64,000 nt of DNA, taken from positions 682,001 to 746,000 of the forward strand of contig OY253672.1 of assembly GCA_958009085.1 (NCBI GenBank). Direction: 5' to 3'. Shown here in pieces: positions 1-11,742 of this stretch (its first letter is position 1; every line of letters starts with the position of its first letter). The position numbers and the translations under genes were made by a program. Source of the stretch: Protoeuglena noctilucae (Eukaryota). Under the pieces are notes generated by a model. It worked only from the letters and a program-made list of their open reading frames with translations. It searched no databases and had not been told where the DNA came from.

Positions 1-2950
1 TCCCCATGTCCTGTCAGTGCCTCCTGCTGGCCCGTCCACGGCTCCCGCGGTCGCTTGCGCCTCGTGCCCCAGGCAGGCGGCGGTGGGAGCCACGCCACGA
101 CAGCGCCGGCGTCGGCGGAGTCACTGGGGCCACCCTCTGCCCCGTCCGCAGCGCCCCTTGCACCTCCCACCACACGTACGCTCCCTGCCTGCCTCCCACC
201 TTCTATTACAGGCACACTCCCCGCCTCCCTTGCACTCTCTAACACAGGCGCGTTCACCACAGGCACGACCCCAGCCTCCCTCACGCCTCCCATCCCAGGC
301 GTAACCCCAGCCTCCCTCACACCTTCTACCATAGGCATGACCCCAGCCTCCCTCCCACCTCCCATCACAGGCACGACCCCAGCCCCCGGTCCCCCCACTC
401 CAGCACTCCCCGCCAAGGGCAGCTCTGCGCCAGGCGTCAGACTGCCTTGCCCCACCGCGGCAGCCACCACATCAAGCGGCGGCAGCAAGGGCGCCCCAGG
501 GACTGAGACGCCCCGTGGGCTGCCGGCGTCGCCCATGCCAGTCCCCAGGCCCACCGCTCCATCTGCCGCCCCGCCATCCTGGCCACCCGCAGCACCGGGC
601 GCTTCCTCGCCCTTCTTGCCCTTTCCCTGCTTTGGCCGCGGTGCCCTCGCTGACTTGGCCTGCCCACCCTTGCCCTGACCCCCCTGTCTGCGACTGCGAC
701 TAGCCTGGCCCTGACCACCGCTGCCCAGACCGGCACCCGCGGGGAGCTGGGGCAAGGGCGCGGCAACCACGGGAGCCACCGTCTCGATACTTGCCGGTTC
801 TCCGATCGCAACACCTGCTTCTGCCCCGCCCACCAGCGCCTCATTCGCAACGCCCACGCCCTCCTCTGGCTTGCTTGCTGCCACACCAACCTCACCTCCC
901 TCCCCTTTTGCTCCCCTCTTCACTTTCCCGCGCGTTGGCTCTGGCTTTGGCTTTGTCGACCCCTGCACCTGCACTGGACGCGCCTTGCGGCCCCGGAGCT
1001 CCGTCACTTGGCTGGGCCCGCCATCGACAGGCGCCCCTTCCACTGCTCCAGCAGCCGCCCTCTCCAACACCCCAACGCCCTCCCCGCCCCCTGCGTCGGC
1101 CGCCCCTCCCACTGCCCCATCGCCCTCTGCATCAACCGCCTCCGCCCCTCCGCCCTCACGCACCCTCCCCCGCCCTTCACCAACCTCGCCTTTGACCCAT
1201 ATCGCGTCGCACGCGCCCTCCATCACCTCCTCCGCCGCTTCTTGCATCGCAGCAGGCGCCGACGGGTCCGCCTTGCCGCGACCCGCACTGCGCGCCTGTC
1301 CCCGTGTCTGCTTCCCCCGTGCCGGCACACTCACACCCTCCTCGCCCCTCGCACCCTCCGTCGCAGCCCCAACCTCTGCCCCAGCTCCTCGCTTAGTCCT
1401 GGCCCTCTTCGGACCCCCACCAGCCCCACCGCCACCGCTAGGCGCCGTGGACTCTCCCTGCCCTGGGCCCGCCGCCACCACGTCCGCCGCCGCATCACCC
1501 GCCCCCCTCTTTCGCTTGCGCCCCTTCGCTTCCCCAGCGCCCTCGACTCCCGGCCCCCTCACTGCCACGCTCACATCTCCCACGACAACTTCACTCGGAC
1601 CGGGCGCTCCCGCCGCCCTCGCCCGCGTCCCTGCTCCCTTCCCTCGCTTCCCGCCCCTCCCCGCCCCCTCGGCGCCCGCCTCGTCCTGCACTGTAGCTGC
1701 TGCTCCTTGCTTCGGCCTTGCTTGCTTCGGCCTCCTGGCGCTTGCGACCTTCGTGCCACCGTCCCCACCCGCATCCTCTGGAGCCTCCTTCCGCACCGCA
1801 GCACCACGCCCCGCCTTGCCACCCTTGTTCTCTCGAACGCGCCGTTTGACCGCCGGTGCCCCTGCGCCAGTCTCAGCGACGGGGGCCGGGAGAAGCTGTG
1901 GTGGTGCGTCCGGCCGCCCCTCCCCACCCGCTGCGTGCGTCTCAGGGGCGAGCTTCGAGACGGACCCCAACTTGGCCGCTTCGCACGTCTCGCACACATA
2001 TTCCGTCCCATCGCCAGTCGAGGATCGCCGGCTTGCCCCCCGGAGCGACGACTTTTCCATTGCCTTGCGAGCCGGGTGCTCTGTTGGGAGGCAGCTGCAG
2101 TGCCTCAGCGTCGGGCAGGAGCCAGAGCCCCTTCCCACGCACTTCTGCGACGGCAGAATGAAGGGGCTGCGTCGGCATCGGGCTGTCCGGTGCGGACAAC
2201 GGTGCACGCGCACACTGCAAGCACTCACCGCCACGGCGCTCCGCTCCATTCCCGGAACCGCTGTCGCGCAATGGCACTCCGCACAAACCTCCAGCTCGCG
2301 GATGTGATTGGGCACGAGGCCCTTGCTGCATTGCGCAAAGCAGGCAAGGTTCCAGGTGCATACATGCAGCTGCGATCGACACCGCGCGCAGGTCCGCACG
2401 TCGCTCACCCCTTGATGGCGGTGCTGATGTGCTCGAAGCATGTCTCGCATAGGAGCGCCTGGTCGTGCGAGGGATCCCGCGTCCCATCGACCACAGCCTG
2501 CGCTGCTAATCCTTCGAGGACTTCGAGCGCCTTCAGCCCCCACGGTAGCGCCTGCGATGGGTATGGCAGACAGACCATGAAAGCTCGGCAACTGTGCCCC
2601 GAACAGGCTCTCGCGCCCCGTGTGTGGGGACACGTTGCGTGCCCTGGGTATCGGTGGTGGCGCGGTACCTCGCCCGCTCTCGCACACCTGGAGCTCCTCG
2701 CGGCTATACACCATGTCCTTGCAGGCACAGCATCGATAACGGCCGGTGGCCGATTCCTCGGCCCGGCCCTCAGAACTGCTGTGCTTCGCTACCGCTGGCC
2801 CAGGCGTGCGTGCTGGACCGTCCGCAAGGGCTCCAGGGTCTGCTGGCTTCTTGGAGCCTCCTTTCTGCGTCCTGCGGGGCGCCTTCGCAACCATTTCCAT
2901 TCCTCGAACGCCGCTGCCCTGTCAAGGGCCAGCGCAAGCCACCTCGACAT
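1..2950 (-). CDS. PHD-finger protein with a long low-complexity Gly/Ala/Arg/Lys-rich tail; multi-exon, continues beyond the left edge
   Basis: Spliced minus-strand reading gives MSRTQKGGSKK...RCCACKD...LLCETC and a C4HC3 pattern CAECHC...KCVGRGSGSCPTLRHCSCL...EYVCETC, followed by about 2 kb of open frame to position 1. The frame is absent from the ORF track because it has no stop in the window. Confidence 0.6.
160..385. repeat. Degenerate 36-bp coding tandem repeat (12-aa unit, REAGVxPxxxGV on the minus strand)
   Basis: Units aggcacgaccccagcctccctcacgcctcccatccc (261-296), aggcgtaaccccagcctccctcacaccttctaccat (297-332), aggcatgaccccagcctccctcccacctcccatcac (333-368), with weaker copies on either side. 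Confidence 0.85.
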
Positions 2951-3461
2951 CACCACACTTCTAGGATAGCGTAAGTAGTGCATCGCGAGGCAATTAGATC
3001 GGAGTCGACGATTGCAGTGTCCCCAGTGTCACTGGCACGCTGGCAAGGCCGAAATCGGCTGAGAGCGCGATTCCCAACCCTCTCTGTCGCATATCCCGCA
3101 TAACATGCATTTCGATTGGCTAGGCAGAGGTAGATCGCTTGATTTATGCCCCCCTGTGATTTGAGACGGCCTCAGACATCCCTTCGTCTTCTCCCGCCCC
3201 TCCGCGCAAATCCACGCAGCCTGACGCCTCGGATTGGATGTGCTTGCATTCACTGATTGTCTGATAAACCGGTGAGTCTAAAACCCGGGAACGAGATGCG
3301 CTGCGCGGTTTGAAGTGCTGGCCTGGTCCGCTCGTCTCCTTCGAAGTATGCGCGAGTAAGGCATCTTGCTAGAAGCTATCCCAGGTCCGTCATCGGCTTC
3401 TCGTCTTATCGTCAGTCTCAGGGACTCCACGACGAGGCCGCAGGCACGTCCCGTCGCCAGC

Positions 3462-5735
3462 ATGGGCGCCCACCGCAGCACGCGCCGCGCTTTGGCGGCG
3501 GCGTTGCTCCTCTCCGTGGCCGCGCTCGGTCTCGCCGGATCGCTGAAACAGGGCAAGTTAAAGCCGTGCTCTCTAAACTCACCTGCATGTTCGCAGCCGC
3601 GCGGTACACACGCAGCACCTCCTCCCCACGCAGCCGTGGCTCCTCACGAGGGCCCCGACCGGCCTTTCCTGCCCGCGCGTCTGCTGAAGCAATTCACACC
3701 CATCCCGACGGCGGCCCCCCCCGTCAACTACTCGACCAGCTACCTGGGCGGCATTGCTTTAGTGTCCTGCGACGTGTCCGAATGCCTCCCAGGCTTCCAA
3801 GTCGACCCGCTCACGATCATCCCCGACACCGTCCACGTCCCGATGGAGCCGGGCCTGGCGTTTGCGCCCTCGAGGGTGAGCCGGGGCAGCTGTCGTGGCG
3901 CGGGCATGACATCGACTCGTATGCGGTGCTATCGTCCCTCACACCCCATGGGGTGCCTGCAGAGGGTCTCGTACACGTACGACATTCCCAACGACGGCGT
4001 CCCTCACTCGGTCGACTTCGAGTATGAGACGGGTTACGAGCGTGACTGGGAGCCTGGGAACCTCGGCATCATCTCAGGCGTGCGTGCGGGGTTCATGTCC
4101 TACATCACAGTCTACTTGCACTACAAGAACGACGTCACGGGCGAGCAGACCATGACGTGCATCGGGACGTCCCGGCCATTCACGGGGTTCATGAGGCAGA
4201 GCCGGTACAGGGCCCTCATCACTGCCCAGCCCACCGAGACCATCCGCTTGTACGTCTTTGGGTTTGGTTTCGCCCGCCAAGACCTCTCGTCCCCCTCGGG
4301 GTTCTGGAGCGTCAACGGCAGCTGGGGGGTGAGATGGGCAGCTCAGAGTCGCAGGCCGGAGCTCCATGCAGGGAGCGACAGAGGCGGCTGGCGCCACGCT
4401 GCAGGCACACCCCTGCTGGGGTGTGAGACGCTCGGCCATCGATCCGTCCGCAGCCTCTGGACCAACTCGACTCGGACGGCGACGGCGTGACTGATCTCTA
4501 TGACCTTTGCCAAATGACGTCGATCCGCGAAATCTTCAGCATGAACGGCCTCGCCAATCGCGTGGTGAGCATGGCAGCAGGGTCCTGGGGCCTCACACCA
4601 GTTGTACCCACGGCTGTGCACGTGTGACCGCCGCCCTCTCTGTCACCCCGCAGAGCCGCCAGCCGCGCTGGATGGGCTGCGCAGTCTCCGACATCTGCTT
4701 CTGCGACCTGTACGCTGTGACAAATGACAAGTGAGGAGCTACGCTTCATGCCCGCTTTGGCACCTGTGTCTTGGCGGGCTGCGCGCCCAATGCACCGTCC
4801 CCACTTCCCACGACCACCTCCCCCATCTGCGCAGGGAGGGTTTCTACCAGTGCGTGGTGGACGCGACGCAGAGCTTCCTCGAGGAGGGCGTGTGGTCAGC
4901 CCATGAGGTGTGCCAAATTCGCGAGGCTGCCAAGATGGGCCCATGGTGTGCGGATAACCCAACTAGCCTCAACGCCGTCGTCAACGGGAGCTTTGAGAAG
5001 GCGGACCCTACGAGTTTGAGCCCCATCCCTTGGGATGAGAGCCTCAGGTGCGTGCAGAGTGTCAAGCGGCGTCGACGCCGTGCAGTGCCGCTGCCCCACG
5101 TCGACAGGCAGTGCCCGCCCTTCTGCCCGCAGCGACCCGGCCGTCACCCAGTTAGCCGCTCCGGCGATCTCCTCTGCCAGTTCGGGCATCACTGCGGCCA
5201 GTGGCACGTACTACTACCAGTTCCGCAGCGACAACCAGGGCGTCCCCGTCTCGCTGCAGCAGGACCTCATCTTCAACTTCCGAGGACCCTACACCCTCAG
5301 CTTCGCGTACCGGGCGCTGGCGGACCCGACTGGCGAGCAGCTGGTGAGGACAGAGGGTCAGGTGGGTGTGGGTGCCTGGGAGTGGCTTGCGTGCCGTTTT
5401 GGATTAAAATCCTCCCCTGCTGCCTCAGGATATCTACCTGGACGACACCCTGCTGACGTCGGTGGGCGGACCGGGCAGTACAAACACCTCGGCGGGCGCA
5501 TGGACCCCCATCTCCATCCCTCTCGGTGGGTCCCGCACCTGCGCCCCTTGATGCCTAGCACAGCCGCGCCCCGCGGCTCCGCCCCGCGATGTGCACGGCC
5601 CTGCTTCCGCCCGCAGACTCTGCACCGCAGATCAGCACGGTGAGGTTCGTCCCCGTCCTCCCGGCCGGTCCCAATGCGGTGGGCAACCTCATTGACAACG
5701 TGGTGCTGATGTTCGCCAATTACCCAGTTCCCTAA
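3462..5735 (+). CDS. Secreted protein: signal peptide, thrombospondin type-3-like Ca-binding motif and C-terminal DUF642/galactose-binding-like beta-sandwich; multi-exon
   Basis: N-terminus MGAHRSTRRALAAALLLSVAALGLA; DSDGDGVTDLYDLC at 4469-4510; C-terminal VVNGSFE...SLQQDL...YTLSFAY...GNLIDNVVL; GT-AG introns join the frames. Confidence 0.6.
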
Positions 5736-6029
5736 GCTTCAATAGTGCACTCACACACCGCAGCTCTGTTTTTCCCATGGCTGTCGGCATGGAGTTGGCA
5801 GGCCAGTTTTTGTGCTCTCAGTAAGACTTGCAGCGCCAGTAGGCTGAGTAGCCACGTTTCAAGTACTGGTTTGAGAGCACAGACGCAAAATAATTTATCC
5901 CGCATCGTTAGCTCAAGTGTTTGACTGCTCGGGGGGGCGCAGGACGCCTGCACTTGCGAGGAAGTAGGGTTCCCAAGGTCCCAGGCGCTTTTTAAGGGGA
6001 CTTCCCCCGCGCCAGCGTCGGAAAGTGGT

Positions 6030-8474
6030 ATGCATAGTTACACAGAGCTAGGGGCGGACGTCAAGTCGCTGCCATGCCGCTGGAGCATGGACGGGGAGGC
6101 GGGGGCGGATGTGCACTCGAATGTCCGCGAGTTCCTTCGCATCGAGGGAAAGGGCACGCAGCTGAAGTACGTGGGTGAGTCTGTCAACCCTACTTCACCA
6201 GCGAAGGGTGGATGCACGGCCGGCGTGGCGCGCTTGGGCCCGTTCGGGACGCTGGTCCCGCGCTGACCTCTCTCAGGGCCCGGGAAGGACGACGCACACG
6301 CCGCGTCGTGTCGAGCGGACAAGCCTGTGCCAAGTGGCATCGGCATCTACTTCTACGAAGTGGAAATCAAGTCAAAGGTGGGTTCGCGAGCCACAAGCGC
6401 CCAGGCTGCGTCAAGGGCCTTCAGCGCCGCTCACGAACGCCACGCTAGCTGGGAGAGCGCGCACGTCGATCTATCTGACTGCCAGGGACGTGACGGTTAC
6501 ATCGGCGTCGGCTTTGCTGCGTCCTCTGTGCCGCTCAACCGCCTTCCGGGATGGGAGTCGAAGTCCTACGGCTATCATGGGGATGACGGCCACGCATTTG
6601 AGTCTTCCGGCAAAGGAAAAGCGTTCGGGCCTACCTTCACGACCGGAGACGTCATCGGCGTGCTCCTCAACCAGGCGAGGCCCGGCTGTGCTGCGCCGGT
6701 CAGTTTCCGCCCTCCCCGCGCGCGGTGCTTTGCTCCTGCTAATCGCGCCCGCTTTCTCTGCTGTAACAGATCGATCGCACCATCTCATACTTCAAGAACG
6801 GCGTGTATCTGGGCGTGGCCTTCGGAAACGTCACCGAGGAGCGCCTCTACCCCTGCGTGGGCATGCGCACGGAGCTGGAGCACGTGGAGGCCAACTTCCT
6901 GGGTCCCTTTGTGGCCGACTTCGTGTCCCTGCGCCGGGCCGCCCAGCGCCGCCTCCTGCGCGAGGTCGCTGGCTGCGCCCTGCCGCTCACGCCCGCTGAG
7001 ATGGCCACTGCCTCCGCTCTGCGGAGCCTCCAGGACTCCGCGGACGCTGGGGACTCGGGGCCGTCGGGCCGCTTCGAGGCGAGGCTGTGGCCGCCCGCGA
7101 GCGTGGGGCTGCCGGTGCCAGAGAGGGACACCTACGGGGCCGATCTGCTGACCTCTGGGGTGGGCGAGGGGCGGGGCCTCGTGCTGGGCATGTGCCTGGA
7201 CTACCTCGCGCACCACGGGTACTTGGAGGCCGCGCAGGCACTGGCGCGGGAGTCGGGCATGCAGGAGATGGAGGTTCAACTGCATGGCGACCTGCAGGTG
7301 ACCATGTGGCTGGAGCAGGGGCTGTGCAACTAGCTGCCGTCTCTTGGTCAATTTGGAGTTGCTCTGGGCATGTAGAGCTTGGCTGTTGATCTGACTTCAC
7401 GCACCGGCGGGCGAGTGCATGCCGAACGCCCTTGCCCCCCACGCCCCGCAGACGACGACCCAGCGGCAGGAGCTCTGCCGCGCGGTGGTTGCGGGTCACA
7501 TCGACGACGCGATCGCCATGTGCGACGCCATATCGCCCGCTATCCTCTCCGGGCGACCGGGCCTCCGGTTCCGACTGCAAGTCCAGTGTTTCGTCGAGAT
7601 GATGCGGGGCGGGCGCCACGAGGACGCCCAGAGCTACGCTTTGCGGGGTGAGCCATTCATATGTGGGCCGGGTCGAATGCCGCTTTAATTCCCCTCTTCA
7701 CCTGCCTTGACTCGAATCGCCAGGCAACGCTGGACCTTCACCCTCGCACCTCCACCCCGGCCTCCGCAGAGTTGGGCAGCCAGTCCCGCAACAGCTTGGC
7801 GAACGCTTTGCGGAAAGAGAACCGAGATCTGCTCGAGAGCGCCATGACGCTGCTCGCTTACTACGACAACCCCCAGGCGAGCCCGGTTGGGCACCTCCTG
7901 CGTGCCGACAAAAGGGCCGCGCTGGCGGAGGAGGTCAGCCGGGCCGTGCTGGAACACGGCGGCCATGCACCCCGCCCGGCGATCGAGGTGGCGGCGCGCC
8001 AGGCGGTGCTGTGTGTGGAGGAGGGGCGGCGGCTCAAGATGGCCAAGATGGGCCTGGTGAGCGGGTGGGAGTGGACGGCTGCGCACGCTACGCAGAGCGC
8101 TTGTGGATCGCGGATGGTTCTTGAGGTGTCCGTTTGAAAGACCCCCGCGCATTTGGCCCTTCCAGATCGACCTGCGAGACGTGCTGGGCCCGGGCTGGCC
8201 AGGGGAGGCGGAGCGAGAGCGGTGGGCTGGGCCGGAGCGGGGCGCGGCGGACGCGGTCTCCAGCTCTCAGAGGGCCGGAGACGGGCCCAGCGAAGCTGCG
8301 GAGGGCGCAGGGCGTGGAGGGCCTGGGGCGACGCAGCGGGCGGCTTCCGTGAGCACCGAGAGCACGAGCGAAGACGGGGACTTAGGGCAGGATGGTGCGG
8401 GCGCTATCGTGATGGACGACGAGGGGGACGCCATGATGGATGACCACTCGGGGGCAGAGCGGTGGCTGGCGTGA
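6030..8474 (+). CDS. RANBPM: RanBPM/RanBP9-10 homolog (SPRY-LisH-CTLH-CRA; GID/CTLH E3 ligase subunit); multi-exon
   Basis: SPRY motifs GIYFYEVEI, LNRLPGWESKSYGYHGDDG, FGPTFTTGDVIG; LisH DYLAHHGYLEAAQAL; CTLH AVVAGHIDDAI...LRFRLQVQCFVEM; CRA LLAYYDNPQASPVGHLL. Confidence 0.92.
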
Positions 8475-8614
8475 CGCCGGCCGTCTGCGGTTCGCCCGCC
8501 CCCTGTGCTACCTAGACGGTGCAAGCTGTGCTGCGCCGTTGACACGACCTCTCAAGCGCGTGCATGGGGCGCTCTCAAACGGTAACAGTTGCGACGAAGC
8601 TCTCTTCAACAGTG

Positions 8615-9820
8615 TCAGTGGAGCTGTTTGCCTCGACGCCCGCTCCCGCCCCTACCAGACGGGCCCTTTGCAGCCGCCATCCCACCAGCTGCCAGGGATG
8701 CCTGGCGGCCCTCGCCATCCCTGTCGCCGGGACGAGGCGGCACGTACACCGCAATGACACAGTCGCCGCGGATCAAGACCTGCTGCAGCTTGCGCGAACG
8801 CCGCTCTTGCTTCCACAACCAGCGGATGCGGTGCCGACGACCATGCCGACTGTCCACCGCATCTCCAGATGCGGCGCCCGACTCATCCATGCCCTCTCCT
8901 CCTCTCTCGGCTTGCACGGCTCCATCGAGGTCATCATCCGCACCCACCACACGGACGGCCTCGGGGTCGCTCGCCTCATGCCCCGCATGCCCACTCGGAA
9001 CCCCATTCCCCGCCGCACCCTCACGCGCCCAACCGAACGCCGCGTCCCATGGACTGGAAGTGGCCCTTGCCAGTTCGTCCGTCGCGGTCCTGTCAGACCC
9101 CACCTCCCGCGCGGGCGTCACGTAGTGCTTTGCCCGGCGCACGCGCACCACGTACGTCTCCTCGACGTCCCGCAGAACCATATTCATCCACTTGTCGTAC
9201 GCCACCAGCGCCCCCTCGGCCTCCCCTCGCTCGCCCGCAATGTGGCGCGTCTTGACCCGAACGCGGCCCCCGCTTTGCACGGCCTGCGCTGGAAGCGTCG
9301 AGGTGAAAAGTTGCCACGCACGTGCCAATGCGGCCCTACGGACGCGTCGCCGGCGCCACAAGCGCCTCGCCTTGTGCAGGAGGGAAAGGGGACCCTCAGT
9401 CAAGCCGTCCATGATCTGCTGAAGGCGCGGCTTCTGACCCGCTGCCTCGCGCCCGTCGATCCTGTCACGCCGCGCACGCTGCTGCTCCCGCTGCGCTTGC
9501 CGGCGCGCGCTCGCCGCCTCTGCCTCCCGCGGGTCGACCTGCCGCGCCCCGCGCTCGACGGCGACAACTTCGCCAACCTCGTTCACGACCGGAAGGAGGC
9601 TCTCCGCGAGCTCCAACCGGGCCTGTGTGATCGCTTGGAAACAGGTAATAGCTGACACTCGCCGGAAGCTGCGGCCGGGCGCGACGAGCGGAGTGGCGGT
9701 CACCAGGGGGCCAGCGTCCGGGTGTATCGGGCCGACGAGGCCGACCTCGGCCGCTAGCGCCCGGGCGGCATCAAAGGCCGGCGAGAGGAAGTTTAGGGCG
9801 GCATTTCTGGGACCGCTCAT
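8615..9820 (-). CDS. LSM11: U7 snRNP-specific Sm-like protein LSm11
   Basis: N-terminal LNFLSPAFDAARAL; GPLSLLHK/AVQSGGRVRVKTRH...GALVAYDKWMNMVLRDVEETY (Sm1), a long insert, then RKLQQVLIRGDCVIAV (Sm2). A split Sm domain with an extended N-terminus is typical of LSm11. Confidence 0.82.
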   Translation of the reverse strand: MSGPRNAALNFLSPAFDAARALAAEVGLVGPIHPDAGPLVTATPLVAPGRSFRRVSAITCFQAITQARLELAESLLPVVNEVGEVVAVERGARQVDPREAEAASARRQAQREQQRARRDRIDGREAAGQKPRLQQIMDGLTEGPLSLLHKARRLWRRRRVRRAALARAWQLFTSTLPAQAVQSGGRVRVKTRHIAGERGEAEGALVAYDKWMNMVLRDVEETYVVRVRRAKHYVTPAREVGSDRTATDELARATSSPWDAAFGWAREGAAGNGVPSGHAGHEASDPEAVRVVGADDDLDGAVQAERGGEGMDESGAASGDAVDSRHGRRHRIRWLWKQERRSRKLQQVLIRGDCVIAVYVPPRPGDRDGEGRQASLAAGGMAAAKGPSGRGGSGRRGKQLH

Positions 9821-10314
9821 GACGATGGCGCTCGGCGACACGGCGGCGAGGGGAGTCCGTGTCCTCGCAGGGTCGGCCGGAGGCCCCTCCGGACTCCCCG
9901 GGCCCGCCTGATATGCGTGGTGATCTGCGTTGGCCTGAACTCGATTCTCCCTGCTGCGTGCCCCGATCGCCGCTCGGCACACGGCCTGGAGGGCACAAAC
10001 ACCGGAAACGAAGTGAGGATCTAGAGGAGAGGCACTGGAACAAGCGAAGGCCTGATGACGGCGATTAATCACGAGTAGCTTTGTCCAATGTGCGAAACAT
10101 TGCCCGGAAATCGGCATCAGGACTGCTCAGCACGAAACTGCCAGTCATCTGACAGCACACGGGGACAAACAAGCGTTAGAATGCCCGGTTGCTCTTGCAT
10201 TCCGATAGCAGTCATCCACAGTGTCTTGCCTCCGAAGCACCTCGTTCTTTGCGCATTGCAGAGCCGCTTTGCAGAGCCCGCTTGGGTGAGGCGGTAGTGG
10301 GCGGCACCACTCGC

Positions 10315-11441
10315 ATGGCAGTGTGCCCGCTGGCCCAGGTCCGCGCCACGTGCGAGTGGGTCTGCCAGCGAGCTCGCCATGTGACCATCGATGGGGAAGC
10401 TCTGGACGTCTTCTGCAGCGGGTTGACGAGTGAAGAGGTCACAAGAGCGTGGGGCGCCCCGCAAGCGTCCTTCGATAAAGAGCTGCATTTCTTCGACGGC
10501 GGAGACCTTACTGGTGACTTTGTGAAACGTCCAGGCCGCTTTTCGGGCTGCGTTTCGCATCTGCGCGGCGACCCGGCATCATCAGCGAGCGCCCCATCGT
10601 CCGCAGCCCAGTATCTCCTGTGCGTCGATGCGCTCAACTTCTGCTTCTGGCCGGCGAAGGGGTTGGAGTACGAGCATCTCGCCCGGGGCCTGAAGCGCGC
10701 TCTCGAGCGCGACCCGGGGTGCCTGGACGCGGCGAGACTCGCGTGCATCGACGAGGGCGGCGTAAGGGCGCTCTTTGACTGGGATGGGGACGTTCCATTG
10801 ATTGAGGAGCGTGCGAGGCTGCTGAGGGAGGTGGGGGCTGTGCTGCAGGCCAAGTACCGCGGGCGGGCGGCGCAGCTGGTGCGCAGCGCGGGGCGTTCGG
10901 CCTCGCGACTGGTCGACCTGGTCGCCCGCGACTTTCCCGGCTTCCGCGACAGCGCCGTGTACGAGGGGAGGCAGGTATTCTTCTACAAGCGCGCGCAAAT
11001 CTTCGTTGGCGACCTCTGGGGCGCATTCGGGGGTGCGGGGCTGGGCGAGTTCACGGACATCGCCGACCTGACGATGTTCCCCGACTACCGCGTCCCGGCC
11101 CTGCTCTCGCGGATGGATCTGCTGCGCTACTCGGACCGCCTGCGCCAGGCGATCGAGGCCCACGAGCGCATCGAGGCGGGGAGCCCGTGGGAGTCGGAGA
11201 TCCGGGCCGCCACGGTCACTGCCGTCGAGAGGATGCGTGCGAGGATCAGGTGCGGGCCAGGGATGCGCGTGGCAGCGCAAGGCAGGGAGCCAGAGGACCA
11301 AAGGACCCCGCTCATCATTGCAGGGAGGCGGACCCCGACCTGCCCGTGCATAGCATCCAAATCGACTGGTACCTGTGGGCCGAGGGGGAGAAGGCACGTG
11401 ATCAGGACGTCCACCACGAAACGCTCACCATGTTCTACTGA
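10315..11441 (+). CDS. QNG1: Queuosine salvage protein (DUF2419 / Q-nucleotide N-glycosylase); 3 exons
   Basis: Motifs YLLCVDALNFCFWP, FPGFRD, FYKRAQIFVGDLWGAF, LTMFPDYRVP, ESEIRAA, IDWYLW...HHETLTMFY*. Confidence 0.95.
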
Positions 11442-11742
11442 CGCACACTCCAGCGCGTCGTGCTGCACGCCTGTGTCGACTTGCCCTGACTCTAACCGGC
11501 CTATCTCGACCTCCTCGACACGGCAGCGCGTACTCTTGGCCCTCCCAGTCGTCGTTATTGGCCTTCACAGCTGTGCCGTTGAAACTGCATCGTCTAGATT
11601 GCGCAGGCTTGCTGACCGGTTGCCCCCTCCACCGCGAGCCGCGCGTCCCCCACCCTTCAAGGGCCTCGCGCCGACTGACTGCGCACTGTTCTGCCCCGTC
11701 CGCTCGCCTGTGGGCCTGGGCGACGGCGGGGGCTGCTCTTCA

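Noticed and set aside
160..385. 36-bp repeats as a possible CRISPR array
   Set aside because: The units are contiguous and degenerate with no unique spacers, they lie in frame within a coding exon, and no cas genes are present in this eukaryotic DNA.
871..2969. Long plus-strand ORFs (478 and 653 aa)
   Set aside because: Antisense shadows of the minus-strand PHD gene; high GC suppresses stops and the products have no motifs. The same applies to most overlapping ORFs in the track, for example 39993-41690, 48155-49720 and 22638-24284.
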